DNA of 64,000 nt from Octopus sinensis (Eukaryota), in contig NC_043001.1 of the NCBI RefSeq assembly GCF_006345805.1, positions 78,492,001 through 78,556,000 of the forward strand, given 5' to 3'. The notes under the pieces were generated by a model that saw nothing but the letters and a program-made list of their open reading frames with translations, was not told where the DNA came from and searched no databases. A program made the position numbers and the translations under genes. Positions 40,950 to 54,261 of the stretch are shown in pieces. Positions within the stretch are counted from its first letter, which is position 1; each line of letters begins with the position of its first letter.

Positions 40950-41138
40950 AAGAAAATTCTAACTGGGCCCCACCTGCAAGGTCATATGCTGTTTATCTTG
41001 ATATGAGATCACCATGTCGCGCACATACGGTTGTGATGCATGTGTCTAGTGTATCCTTATCAGACGGTAGTCATGATGGGTATACTGGGCTTCGTATATT
41101 TACCCCAGTGTCACTTTGATGGCATGCACTGCTCTCTC
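40950..41138 (+). mobile_element. Fourth, shorter copy of the (AAT)n-tailed element of 25201-26892
   Basis: AAGAAAATTCTAACTGGGCCCCACCTGCAAGGTCAT...GGCATGCACTGCTCTCTC followed by (AAT)n. Confidence 0.9.
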
Positions 41139-41209
<71 letters not shown>

Positions 41210-41329
41210 TAATAATAATGATAATAATAATAATAGTCTATTCTTTATTGGCCACTTGAGCCAAATATATAATCAGAAAGTTGCTGTACAGCACAAAGGA
41301 CAAGGGAGGAATTCATAAACTAGCGCTTA

Positions 41330-42605
41330 AATATAAGAAACCAGAACAAAGAATGGACAACTAGTAAATGCAATAAAGATGCACGAAAACAACAAGTGTT
41401 GTATCTATACAAAATAGTGATGAAATTCAAAGAAGAAACAGAATATACGGGTACAAAAATGATAAAATATATAAAAACATGAAGCAAAATTACAAGACAG
41501 AAGAATAAATGCAGAAAAAAACCACTCCATGGCCAATGCCCTTAAAGGCTCAATAAAGAAGAAATATGTGAAAGTGAACGTCAACAGTTGTTCAAAATCT
41601 CCGCCGAAAAGCAAAGACAGAGGGCTTGTTCCTTGCAGCACAAGATTAATGTCTAGGCTAGATAAGAAAAAGAGCACTCAGAGAGTGCAAACCCCCACCA
41701 TGGCAACACCAACGTCATCTCAACGATTAGCTGGATACTCTTTTTAAAATGAGAATATCTAAAATAAACTCGACTGCTCTCACAAACGAGTATACTAAAG
41801 ACGTACCCGACCGCTCTTAAAAATTAATTTAAAAAAACGGAAAAATAATCCAGAATCTTTGTCCGGTTTCTTGCCGCTTCCAACATCTAATCAGCCCGTG
41901 CCAGTCATGAGGCCAAACATCCCTGTAAGTTTCATTCGATTCCATTCAGCGGTTCTTGAGATATCTTGTCCACTGACAAACAAGCAAATAAACACGACTG
42001 AAAACAATACCTTCGCCTTAGCGAAAGCGGAGGTAAGAAAACGATGGAAAGGGATCCTTACACTAAGTGTAGAATCTGCAGCTAGCAAAGCGTGACAGTT
42101 GACTAAATCGTCTTTGATGCCCAGTCTTTCCCTATACACAGGCAGATCCTGTTGGCATTTATGTCCACTGGGCAATATGTCATTTGAAAATTACTACACG
42201 TCCGTATCTAGTAAGTTACATGCCAACGAGTTGGTATGTCACCGAGATATGCCCATACAAATTGACAAAGAATTCAAGGAAAAACGCCCAAACATAATTA
42301 TTATTGGATGGAAAATAACACATGCACATGACACGTGTCGTAAGCACTGAAGAAAATATTGCTTGAATAGGAGTGAATTAACTATCAAAATACAGGGACC
42401 TTCAAAAGCGAAATTTTTAAAATGTGGGACGTGAAGGTGAAAACGATACTACTAGTATTTGGAGCATTACGCGTAATGAAGAAGAAATATGAAAGGAAAC
42501 ACAGAGACCATATAAGGCTGACAAACTTACACACTATCGCTCCCCCAAATAGCTCTGTTAGGATAAGCCAGCATCATGCGCAAGTCGCTATTAATTTAAT
42601 AGAAT
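41330..42605 (+). pseudogene. Decayed R4/Dong-like LINE 3' region, split by the element at 41663-42036
   Basis: KPLHGQ, KAKTEGLFLAAQD*CL before the insertion. After it come KCRIC, DMPIQIDKEFKEKRPNIII, SKYRDL and MWDVKVKTILLVFGAL. Confidence 0.8.
41663..42036 (+). mobile_element. Probable Helentron-type non-autonomous element (HINE-like)
   Basis: No TSD seen. A 5' subterminal motif AACCCCCACCATGGC and a 3' GC-rich hairpin TACCTTCGCCTTAGCGAAAGCGGAGGTA (42008-42035) are present. It interrupts a LINE frame cleanly. Confidence 0.55.
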
Positions 42606-42649
42606 AGCTCAAATATAACAAATTTTACACACAAGATACACGCTAATAA

Positions 42650-43082
42650 CCCTTTCTACAATTGGCACAAGACCTGAAATATATGAGGTGGGGGTCAAAG
42701 CGATTTCATCGACTGCAGTGCTCAACAGGTACTTATTTTATAGCGCACGAAAGAATAAAAGGCAAAATCGACCACGCCGGAATTTGAACTCAGTACGTAA
42801 AGACAGACGAAATGCCGCCAAGCATTTTTGTCGTCGTGTTAACCATTCCGCCTTAGGATACACAGTAACTATCCTTTCTGTTATAGGCACAAGGGTTGAA
42901 ATTTTGGAGCGGAAGCGGGGATATGTCGATTCCAACGACCCCAGGGCGTAACTGGTACTTTTTACACCGACCTCGAAAGGATGACGAGCAAAGTCGACCT
43001 CGGCGGAATTTGAACTCAGAACGTAGCGACGGGCGAAATGCCGCTAAGCATTTAGACCGACGAGCTGACGATTCTGCCAGCT
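42650..43082 (-). mobile_element. Two tandem SINE family A copies
   Basis: GGAATTTGAACTCAG near 42780 and 43006, each with upstream GGCACAAG..TGAAAT 3' ends. Confidence 0.8.
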
Positions 43083-43379
43083 CTGAGAATCAAGAAACTA
43101 AATTCCGTAACAAAATAAAATTGTGCAGTAAACCAACAGGAGAAATCTATAGTTTCTACAATCTCCGAAAATAAAATAAGGGCACCAAGTCACACCGCAT
43201 CAGAGGAACATGGAGTTCCTCTAAATGGTGTCGGAGACTAGTAAATTTGCACGAAACTATATCACTGTCACCTCCAAAATCAATAAAGGATGGCCACATT
43301 TGTAACCTTTTGACCATATATCTGGCCAGTAAGACCTGTTGTGTGGTTGATCATCATCATGATCATGAACCTCGTCGAC

Positions 43380-44569
43380 ATCATCATCGTCATCATCATC
43401 ATCATCGACGTCGTCGTCTTCGTCGTCGTCGTCGTCGTCGTCGTCATCATCATTATCACCACCTGTAGCATTTTATCACTATTGCAATCCCCTCAGTGGT
43501 AGCCACTACCAGCACCACTACCAGCGCCACTACCAGCGCCACTACCACCACCTCAGGAACAACATCAAAAACTAAAACAACAATTCATATCACCAGTACC
43601 TGCAGTAGCAGCAGCACCACCACCACCACCACCATCACGACAACACGATAATAAGACAACTACAATCAGCACCATCACTATCACGGCTACTATCACTTCC
43701 ACTTTCACAACACTCACCTCTAACACCACAATTACCACCACCACCACCACCAGCAACAACAACAACAACAGCTGCTAACATCACCAGCACCCCTACGTTC
43801 ATCACCACTAACTACCTCCAGAACCACCACCACTATTACCCCCACGAACACAACAGCAACAACCACTACCACTACCACCACCAACAACAACAGCAACAAC
43901 CACTACCATCACTACCACCAACACCAACACAACAGCAACAGCAACAACCACTATCACCACCACCACCAACAACAAAAACCACTATCAACACTCCATCTCC
44001 ACCGAAACAATAACAGCAACCAATACTACCACCACCACCACTACCACCGCCACTGCCAACACAACAGCAAGCAATACCACTATCACCACAACTATCATCA
44101 CCACGACTAACACCACAGCCACCACAATTACAGTCTTCACCATCACAACCACTGCAACGTCGACGACGACCTCCACCACCAAAGCGACAATAAGAACAGC
44201 AACAACAACGATAGCCGGTACCACCACCGTTACCAACACACGTACGACATCAACAACTACAACAACCGCAACGACAACCACTTCCAGTGTACTTCTACTG
44301 TGACTACATTACCTCCTCCTTCTCCTCCCCTCCTCCTCTTTCACCTCTTCCCCCAGTCACCCCTCCCACCCCTCATTACCACAATTATATTGAAGCCTTC
44401 TCTTTATTGCTATTAATGGCTCGGTTAGTTTCGCACATAAACATTTCACACAGGAAGTAAATGTGTGCCGAGGCATGACGGACTTGCTGACTTAAACTAC
44501 TGTAAAAGGTAGAGATGGTGGTGGTGATGATGATGATGATGATGATGATAATGATGATGATGAGGATGG

Positions 44570-44607
<38 letters not shown>

Positions 44608-44674
44608 ATTGATGATGATGATGATGATTATTGATGATGATGATTATGATGATGATGATGATGATGATGATTAT

Positions 44675-44705
<31 letters not shown>

Positions 44706-44721
44706 AATGATGATGATGATA

Positions 44722-44771
<50 letters not shown>

Positions 44772-44791
44772 AATGATGATGATGAGGATGG

Positions 44792-44826
<35 letters not shown>

Positions 44827-44875
44827 GATGATGATGATGAGGATGGTGATGATGATGATGATGATGATGATGATT

Positions 44876-44920
<45 letters not shown>

Positions 44921-45300
44921 ATTGATGATGATGATGAGGATGGTGGTGATAATGGTGATGGTGACGTTGATGGTGTTGATGGGGAAAGCGATGATGATGA
45001 CGATGATAGTGGTCGTGATGATGATCGTGGTGGTGAAGGCGATGATGACGAGGGTGGTGGTGATGATGACGAGGGTGGTGGTGATGATGACGAGGGTGGT
45101 GGTGATGATGATTACAATGCTGTTGCTACTGCTGCCTCTGCCGCAGCTGCTGCTGCTGTTTATGATGATGATGATCATGGTGGTGGGTGTGGTACTGAAG
45201 TAGGTGATGATAATGGCGGCAGTGGTGGTAGTGATTACGGTGATGATGGTGGTGGTTGTAGTTGTATTAGTTGTTGTCGTGGTGTTGGTGGTAGAGATAG
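43380..45300. repeat. Cryptic trinucleotide arrays: (CAT/CAC/AAC)n at 43380-44340 and (GAT/GGT)n at 44520-45300
   Basis: Seen directly. The two blocks are reverse-complementary in composition. Confidence 0.9.
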
Positions 45301-45621
45301 ACGCTAAAGGAAAGCGGCTCCTTTCTTTCTTGCAAACGATCGCTCCAAACCTCAACGTCATCATTCCACATAACGAATCCGAAGCACTTAATCTCAGTTT
45401 GGAAATAAACGTCCGGAGATCGAATCCAGTTGAATATCTAAACTTCATTTTCATCATCGTTATAAACCGTAGTCGATAAAATGAAATGCCATTCTTCTGC
45501 TGTGTTCGATATACAATAATCATTCGATCCTTCGACTATCGCGGGTGTTACATCCATCCATGCGGAGCAGAAACAATACTGTACTGCTTATATTTTTTAT
45601 TTATCTTGTATTTTGTATATA

Positions 45622-46296
45622 TTGGGTTGGTGCATAATTATTGCGGCTTTTTTTTTTTTTTTCAACAAATTTTATTCAATAAAATTTAACAAACAAAAAT
45701 TTATAGGCGCAGGAGTGGCTGTGTGGTAAGTAGCTTGCTTACGAACCACATGGTTCCGGGTTCAATCCCACTGCGTGGCATCTTGGGCAAGTGTCTTCTA
45801 CTATAGCCTCAGGTCAACCGAAGCCTTGTGATTGGATTTGGTAGACGGAAACTGAAAGAAGCCCGTCGTATATATGTATGTATATATATGTGTGTGTTTA
45901 TATGTTTGTGTGTCTGTGTTTGTCCCCCTAGCATTGCTTGACAACCGATGCTGGTGTGTTTACGTCCCCGTTACTTAGCGGTTCGGCAAAAGAGACCGAT
46001 AGAATAAGTACTAGGCTTACAAAGAATAAGTCCTGGGGTCGAATTGCTCGACTAAAGGCGGTGCTCCAGCATGGCCGCAGTCAAATGACTGAAACAAGTA
46101 AAAGAGTAAAAAAAGAGTAAAGAGTAAACATCTTTAAATGACGGTCTGATTATCTGCCAAGCAAATAGGAAGCAGTAATTGAAGTAGATGGTGAATATGC
46201 TCCGAATAATCACTTAAAGATGTTTTGTAACGTGCTATTGTTTTTGTTGAATAAAATTTGCTGAAAAAAATGCCGCAATAGTTATGCACCAGCCAA
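45622..46296 (+). mobile_element. mariner (Hsmar1/cecropia-like TIR) deletion derivative
   Basis: TA|TTGGGTTGGTGCATAATTATTGCGGC ... GCCGCAATAGTTATGCACCAGCCAA|TA. It retains the transposase C-terminus LPSK*EAVIEVDGEYAP. Confidence 0.9.
45706..46128 (+). mobile_element. Young full-length SINE family B nested in the mariner MITE
   Basis: GGCGCAGGAGTGGCTGTGTGGTAAG...GGTTCAATCCC...CTTGGGCAAGTG...(GTAAAAGA)n tail. Confidence 0.92.
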
Positions 46297-46404
46297 TATT
46301 TATTTTATTATAAATGCAAAGCAGCACCGCACACTCGCCTCCCGAGTTTCAGTTTTACAGACAGTATGTGCCATTTTTTGTTACTCAGCTACAGTACGCT
46401 ACGT

Positions 46405-47846
46405 GGATCTTTTCCTTTTGATGGACGGAATTCAACACAATTTCTAGTTAACTAAACAATTTGAAACTTCGTATACTGGTAGAATGTGTCAAAAGAAAAC
46501 ATTATTTTCACTTGGCTTTTTTGAGAAAATTGTAATTTGTAAGTTTAACGTAGTTTAATTTTTCGAATTCTAACCAATCATATGTTCTCTTTTGAGCTCA
46601 TATAATTTGCTGCGTTATCGATATTGATAAACAAACGAGGAGATACAAACACTTGCATATACAAGCGCGCCTGCATATAGAAGTAAATATACATACACAC
46701 GCACACATGCACACACAGACAAGTATACATATACATACATAAAGATACATGCTTATACGCATATACGCACGCCGCATACACACACACACATATATATATT
46801 CAGATTCATACACACGTACACTTACACACACACACACACACTCTCTGTCACCCTCTCTCTCTCTCAAACACATGTATATACATTTGCACAAGCACATAGT
46901 AATTAATATATAAGTAACTAATATATAAGGCGGCGAGCTGGCAGAAACGTTAGCACGCTGGGCGAAATGCGTAGCTGTATTTCGTCTGCCGTTACGTTCT
47001 GAGTTCAAATTCCGCCGAGGTCGACTTTGCCTTTCATCCTTTCGGGGTCGATAAATTAAGTACCAGTTACGCACTGGGGTCGACGTAATCCGTTTGTCTG
47101 TCCTTATTTGTCCCCTCTGTGTGTAGCCCCTTGTGGGTAGTAAAGAAATAAATACATTGGCGTACACACACATACAAACGTACACACACATACAAACGGA
47201 GATATACATACACACACATACGCACACAAGCATACATACACGTTCGTGAGTTCGCACTGGTGTCGATAGAATCGACTTATTACTTTTGTATCTCATGCTT
47301 TGTCCCCTTTGTGTTTTGCCCCTTGCCGGAACAAATTTACACAAAAGGTAATAAACCAGAAAGGGGGTGGGGCAATGTTTCATCGCTTCGGGGTCGATAA
47401 ATTAAGTACCAATTACGCACTGGTGTCGAGGATTTTTTCCCAATTTATATCACAGCCTCCGACAAGCTGGGGCATCCTTTTATGAAAAAATATTTTGCAA
47501 ATTTTCACAATACGACCCACACTCCACGCGTACCCTCATATCCCACTCTAGACCGATTTAGGCATATTATTGTTTTGTTTATGTTGTTTTTGGTTTTTCA
47601 AAACCATGGCGACGAAATTCATCGATTAAAAAGATATGGCTGTTATTTCTAGCCTCCTCTTTTGTTTATCAATATCGATAACGCAGCAAGTGCGGAGACA
47701 GACAGAAGAAAGAAGGATGAATAACATCAAAAAAGCCAAGTGAAAATAATGTTTTCTTTTGACACATTCTACCAGTATATGAAGTTTCAAATTGCTTAGT
47801 TAACTAGAAATTGCGTTGAATTCCGTCCATCAAAAGGAAAAGATCC
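46405..47846. mobile_element. TIR element with GGATCTTTTC termini, TIRs of about 125 bp and 8-bp TSD
   Basis: 46405-46530 is the reverse complement of about 47725-47846. TSD CGCTACGT/CACTACGT. It shares AACTTCGTATACTGGTAGAATGTGT with 8413-8850. Confidence 0.88.
46929..47152 (+). mobile_element. Young SINE family A nested in the TIR element
   Basis: GGCGGCGAGCTGGCAGAAACGTTAGCACG...GAGTTCAAATTCC (B box)...GCCTTTCATCCTTTCGGGGTCGATAAATTAAGTACCAG. The central motif resembles, from memory, the Meta/MESC-type SINE domain. Confidence 0.92.
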
Positions 47847-47929
47847 CACTACGTATTTTCTTCTAATACATTTTGATTAATGTATTATACAATGAAGTAC
47901 TGTACTGTATTTTTAATTTATTATTCTTT

Positions 47930-48191
47930 TATTCATTTAATTGTTTCAATTATTTAACTGCAGCCATGCTGGAGCACCGCCTTTAGTCGAGGAAATCGAC
48001 CCCAGGAATTTTTGTAAACCTAGGACTTATTCTATCGGCTACATTTGCCGAACCGCTAAGTTACGGGGACGTAGACACACCAGCATCGGTCGACAAGCGA
48101 TATTGGGGAGGGTGTAACAAATACAGACACATAAGCATATACAAATACATACATACATACATACACACACACACACGTGCACACACACGGA

Positions 48192-48244
<53 letters not shown>

Positions 48245-48315
48245 GACGGGCTTCTTTTAGTTTCCGTCTACCAAATCCACTCACAACGCTTTGGTCGGCT
48301 CGAGGCTATAGTAGG
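47930..48315 (-). mobile_element. SINE family B
   Basis: GCCATGCTGGAGCACCGCCTTTAGTCGA...GACGGGCTTCTTT.AGTTTCCGTCTACCAAATCCACTCACAA. Confidence 0.88.
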
Positions 48316-48812
48316 GCGGGTTTTCTTCTGTCTGGCGGGTATGGTGTAAGATGTTACGTATTGGAAAAAACAGAATGGTCTATAAGCTGTCTTCAACCAG
48401 TTCCATATCGAAATTTTTCAAGTTCTATCTCGAAAGGAAACGTTAGGGTGGAGAGGAGGGCGCATTACTCTAGTAAATTTCTTAAAAGATCTAAAAGATC
48501 GGGGAATAATTGTTCGAATAGAGCATTTTACCGATGTAGTCAGGTTGACCTTAACTCTAAGGTTTCTTGATTGACCCTAAAACAGGCTCATTGCGGAGTC
48601 GTTTGCAACTAAATGTATTCATACACATATATACACATACAAACACATACATAAATACATACATACATACATACATCATACATACATACATACATACATA
48701 CATATACATACATACATACATACATACATAACATACATACATACATAATACATACATACATACATACATACATACATACATACATACATAATACATACAT
48801 ACATACATACCA

Positions 48813-48844
<32 letters not shown>

Positions 48845-48924
48845 CATACATACATACATACATACATACATAATTCATACATACATACATACATAATTCA
48901 TACATACATACATACATACATACA

Positions 48925-48958
<34 letters not shown>

Positions 48959-48964
48959 CATACA

Positions 48965-49617
48965 ATGATTTGGGATAGAGAAGAGAAACTGTGCACAGTT
49001 GTAGAAATTAGCTGCCCAGTGGATGATAACATAAAGCTGAAAATCAGTGAAAAAGATAATATCTATGCTGAAATATTGAGAAATCTACAGTTACTCTATC
49101 CAGATTAGAAGTTCAGGTTTATACCTGTAATTATTGGGGCCCTGGGATATCTAACACATTGCCTAAATAGCAGTCTTGAGAAATTAGTCTTCTCAAAACC
49201 AGAAAGGAGAAAGCTAATTCGAAGGCTACTGATCCAATCCATCAGTGTAACTGTAAAAATCTGTAAAACTTGCCAGAAGTTTATCATTTAAACATATATG
49301 AGCATGTCACGATATGTAACTCTATACATAAGAATACATACATAAAGCATACAAATCTGCACATACATAAAATATACAAATCTGCGCATACATACATACA
49401 ACATACATACATACATACATACATACATACATACATACATACATACATACACACATGCGTACATACATGCAAACACACAAACATATATACATACATATGT
49501 TACATGCAAACAAAATACCCTGTTGTTGATGTTGAAATTCCAATAGAGGAACCTTGGATTTGGGTTAGACACCGATTCTTTCTCTAATGGCAAGAAATCT
49601 TGAAATAAATTGAATAA
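48965..49617 (+). pseudogene. R4/Dong-like LINE: RLE domain and 3' UTR
   Basis: MIWDREEKLCTVVEISCPVDDNIKLKISEKDNIYAEILRNLQLLYPD*KFRFIPVIIGALG...TVKICKTCQKFII*. One internal stop, and the frame ends at 49291. Confidence 0.9.
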
Positions 49618-49639
49618 TGACACACCTACATACATACAT

Positions 49640-50234
49640 AACATCATAAGACTTGGAAGGAAGCTTCTTGCGCAACATTCTCTGTCAAATATCCTAGAAT
49701 ACATGCTCTAAGAAGTCGCATGACTATACCGCAACGTATCATCAGATGAAAGGATGAGCCGATATGAACAGAAGACTATGCATGGATATGTTACTAGAAG
49801 CTCCGTGATGATAGTAACATCAACTATTAAAGCAGTTTATCATGGACCAATAACTGGATTACTACCTCCCACTTTGAAGGGTACGTGTTTGTAATCCAGG
49901 AACAGGAAATATCAACCAAGAACCTGATGAACAAAAGGGATAAAGATGCAGGTAAACCGTAAAGTATGACAACCGATGCAGAATTTGTGGAGTTTTCACT
50001 ACAGATATCGTCCACATCATAAGCAGTTGTCCGAAAATGTCATCACGGTATTATCTACCGATGAGACATGACGTTGTAGCTAGGACACTCTATAATGAAA
50101 TACGGCGGAAGGATAATCCCGAGGACAAAGAAATAAGAACCTACTATATGGTAGAAGCCATAGCCACTCATAATGCAAAAGTATACTGGTGGAATGTACC
50201 AGTCAAGACCGCAATAAAATGTAAACACACAGAC
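49640..50234 (+). pseudogene. R4/Dong-like LINE: CCHC zinc-knuckle region
   Basis: MHGYV...EGYVFVIQEQEISTKNL...DNRCRICG...DIVHIISSCPKMSSRYYLPMRHDVVARTLY...YWWNVPVKTAIKCKH. Confidence 0.9.
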
Positions 50235-50400
50235 ACAAACATATCTCCAAACCCCCACCCTACGCACACACATATATACATACAAACATACATTCATACA
50301 TACATACATACATACATACATACATACATACATACATACATACATACATACATACATGCACACATACATATATATATATATAATATATATATATATATAT

Positions 50401-50448
<48 letters not shown>

Positions 50449-51356
50449 TACTAATATAGGATAACATTTTTTCCAGAAAAAATTTCATCAAAAGTGGCAG
50501 CATATTAAAATACCTTTAAAGGTGAAAATTCTATTTATAAACAGGGGCAAAAGAAAAAAATATTTCTACGCCAATATGCTGAGAACATATGAAATGTGGC
50601 GATTGACGATTTAAAGTTTGTTCTCAGCATATTGTCATAGAAATATTTTTTCTTTTGCCCCTAAATCCTTTAAAATGTTTCAGCCCGAAGGCCGCTGCCA
50701 TGCTGGGGCACCACCGCTGTTTATAAATTATTTATATATATATTTTTTTTATGTACATTCCTTTATGTACACTGATTTGTTCTGCTTTTTATATTTAACC
50801 CTACAGTATCTTATGTGGTGGTTTAATAAAGTATGTGATTGTGTATTATCTGGTAATTGATATTTGATTTAGATGTATTTCTCCATTTTCTGATCTTCTA
50901 TTAGTTATTTGTGGTAAATCATTTTACCTTTGCCCATATAATACAGTAAATGAATTGATTGCATCGCAATCATTAACATTTATGTATTAACTTTGTTGGG
51001 TACTTCACTAGCAGTATATTGGATATATGTTATCCCATGGAGGGTTGCATTTACAACCCCTATCTCAATTTGTATATATATATATATTATATATATATAT
51101 ATATGTCTGTATATATATATAACAAATGAAAGACAGTAGATGGAATATACGAGAATATATTATTAATCACACTAATTCTTTCGACACATCTAGCATCAAC
51201 TCCCCTTGTGAGACACACAAAAACTAGTTCAGAAGTATCCAGTGGTGCAGACGTATCTCGTCGAATGATAAATAAAAAAAATTTCGTTAAAATGACTGTT
51301 TCATAAGGCAACTTTCCGTTTTGTAGAGAGAAAAACAGCCAGGCGCAGGAAAATTC

Positions 51357-51396
<40 letters not shown>

Positions 51397-52120
51397 GATA
51401 TAGATCCAAAAATAAAATTGTAGAAGACAAAAAGAGAAACGAACACTTAATCCACTTATTCGTTTCAAGAGTGAATCCAGCAAATATTAATGAGGAGCTA
51501 CATCAATAATTAAATATCGATACCAATCATATTCGATCAATTCGGGCGAGTGGTTTCACCAGATTGGGACATTCATTGTTCTTTCACACTATGTGCTCTG
51601 TCGCGAGCATTCACAGATCGTTATCCTGCAACAAAATGGAGCATAAACAAATGATATACACTATGTGCGTGTAATTGATAATGTTTACATTGTTAGCGCC
51701 ACTTCTTATTTCGTTTCACATGTACTACGCCACAGTACAACGTCAAGTATACTTCGCACCATTTGTGTATATAACACGGGCCGATGACTGATATTGAGGA
51801 AGGGCAACGATAGCGAAATACTGATGTCTATTATTCTTGATAATTTTGAGGAAGTTGTCTTGCCTGTCTGGGACATTCAGTGTTCTTTAAATCTCGGGGC
51901 TGTAAAGGGAGCTTTCCTAGGGTGCTATCCCGCAGTAAATTGGTGTAGCGGTAAAGACATACACCATGTATCAACGACCGATTCAATTATCCATTCACAC
52001 ACTACAAAAGCCCCAACGCAAATCAGGTAGTATGTAGAAGACTACTGCTGCATAGCACCGGGTGAAATCTGAAGTGTGGACGAGCTTTATATTTTACTCT
52101 ACGTTCTTTACAGAATATAA

Positions 52121-52207
<87 letters not shown>

Positions 52208-52359
52208 CGAGGGAGTTGGTATGTGAAAGCACGTGGTTGCATGTATAAAAGACGAAATAGAGTGAAAAAACTACAGAAGGCTTGTGTTATATGGTTAAAA
52301 AAATAAATTTAGATCGTTGTTAGAAAAATGTTATAAAATTTTTCGTATAGTGACATTGC

Positions 52360-52438
52360 TTTTGGAGGAATAAAATATGTCCATTTCTATTTTTCGGTTT
52401 ACTTTTTTAATTAGTATATCCAAGAATGGGAGCTCGAA
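52360..52438 (-). pseudogene. Tiny PLE reverse-transcriptase fragment
   Basis: [22 protein letters not shown] matches the PLE RT motif LPFLDxLI...TDIFYK. It abuts (TA)n. Confidence 0.65.
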
Positions 52439-52439
52439 A

Positions 52440-52487
<48 letters not shown>

Positions 52488-52607
52488 CATATATATATAC
52501 ATACATATATATATATATATATACATACATATATATATACATAAATACATATAAACATATATATCCACATATATGTATGTATACATATATGTATATATAT
52601 ATATATG

Positions 52608-52683
<76 letters not shown>

Positions 52684-53700
52684 CTATATATTCACACACA
52701 CACACACACACATATTTCGAAGTTTTAATAAAATCACAGCAAACAGAAAATTAAAAAACATAAATGAAACGGAAAATTCGTAGCTAATTCCAATTCAGTC
52801 AATGTTCAAAAGATTCTTGTCGTTGATATTGTTCAATTTTGATGGCGCCAGTAGCGTATATTATATTATATATGTAAAATCAAACAGAATGAGTGCTCAA
52901 CACCACATTGTGGATAGATATTCATTTATGGGTTAAGAAAGCAACCAATAGTTTCATGTAAAGGAGCCTCACAATTGTTCAAGCGTGCCACATGGGAGTG
53001 TTGGTACTCGTCTCTATTTTGGAAGAGAATATACATAGTTACCTATATATGTGAGGATGCATGGCCTAGTGAGTAGGGTTTTGAACTCATAATCGTGTGC
53101 TGCTGTCTTCTTGAGGAAAACATTTCATATCACATAGTTCTGTAATGACTTCGGCAATCGACTTTAGGTAGTTACACCAAGCAACTGTTCAGGCAACAAC
53201 GATTTCATGGACATTTGATCGCGATATACGAAACTTTCATCAATAAATATCATCCACATGAACACATAGCATAATACAGAACACTAATAACCTTACTAAC
53301 TATAACACTAACTCCCATGGATCCCATGCACCATTCATATTACAGTTTTATAACTACACTAATTGATCCACGTCCAGAACTATTTACATCCCTTACACAT
53401 AGTCTTCATACTCAGGGTCTAGTGAACCCGACAGCGTTTGGAAATCGGTGATCATTCAAAGACAGTGAACAGCGTTTGACGATACCGGTATGACTTTGAA
53501 TCTCATTAACAATTCAAAATAATGACTTTTATTACTCTTAATTGTACCCCAGTTCATCTAACTGTATGTATTTATCGTTATTTTTCATTAAAAAAGCCTT
53601 TATTTATGTGATATCCAATGTGCATTTCTGCTTTTTTTCTTCTTACTTTCCCCATATCTTTTCCACGTTTACTTTCTATGTACACACACACAGACATAAA

Positions 53701-53760
<60 letters not shown>

Positions 53761-54127
53761 CTACCTACCTAAATACATATATATATATATAATATATATA
53801 TATACATACGAGCTGTGAAGGCCTCGCCTAGTGGTTAAGCTATTGCACATGTGATCATGTCCATGCTGAGGAACCGCCTGAAGTGTTTACTCAGACAGAC
53901 TGACCCCAGTAACTATTTTAACTATTTAAGACTGTTAGTTTATTCTGTGGACGACTTTCTATTCTGAACTGTTAGGCTACGATGATGTATAGAAACCAAC
54001 CCTGCCTATGAAGTGATACTGGAGGACAAACACACACGTGCAAAGACGCGCCCCTACACACACAAACACACGCGCACACGCAAACATGCAGGCACATATA
54101 TATACACACGCACGCATATATATATAT

Positions 54128-54165
<38 letters not shown>

Positions 54166-54261
54166 CACACACGCGTACACATACAGACGCACGCACAAAC
54201 ACGCACACACACATATACACACATACACGCACAACCACATACATAGACATTTCTCTACCTG

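Noticed and set aside
44606-45523. 305-aa minus-strand ORF and overlapping poly-D/poly-M ORFs
   Set aside because: Mostly translation of (GAT/GGT)n arrays that lack stops in several frames. There is no domain, and only the unique 5' part is kept as a weak finding.
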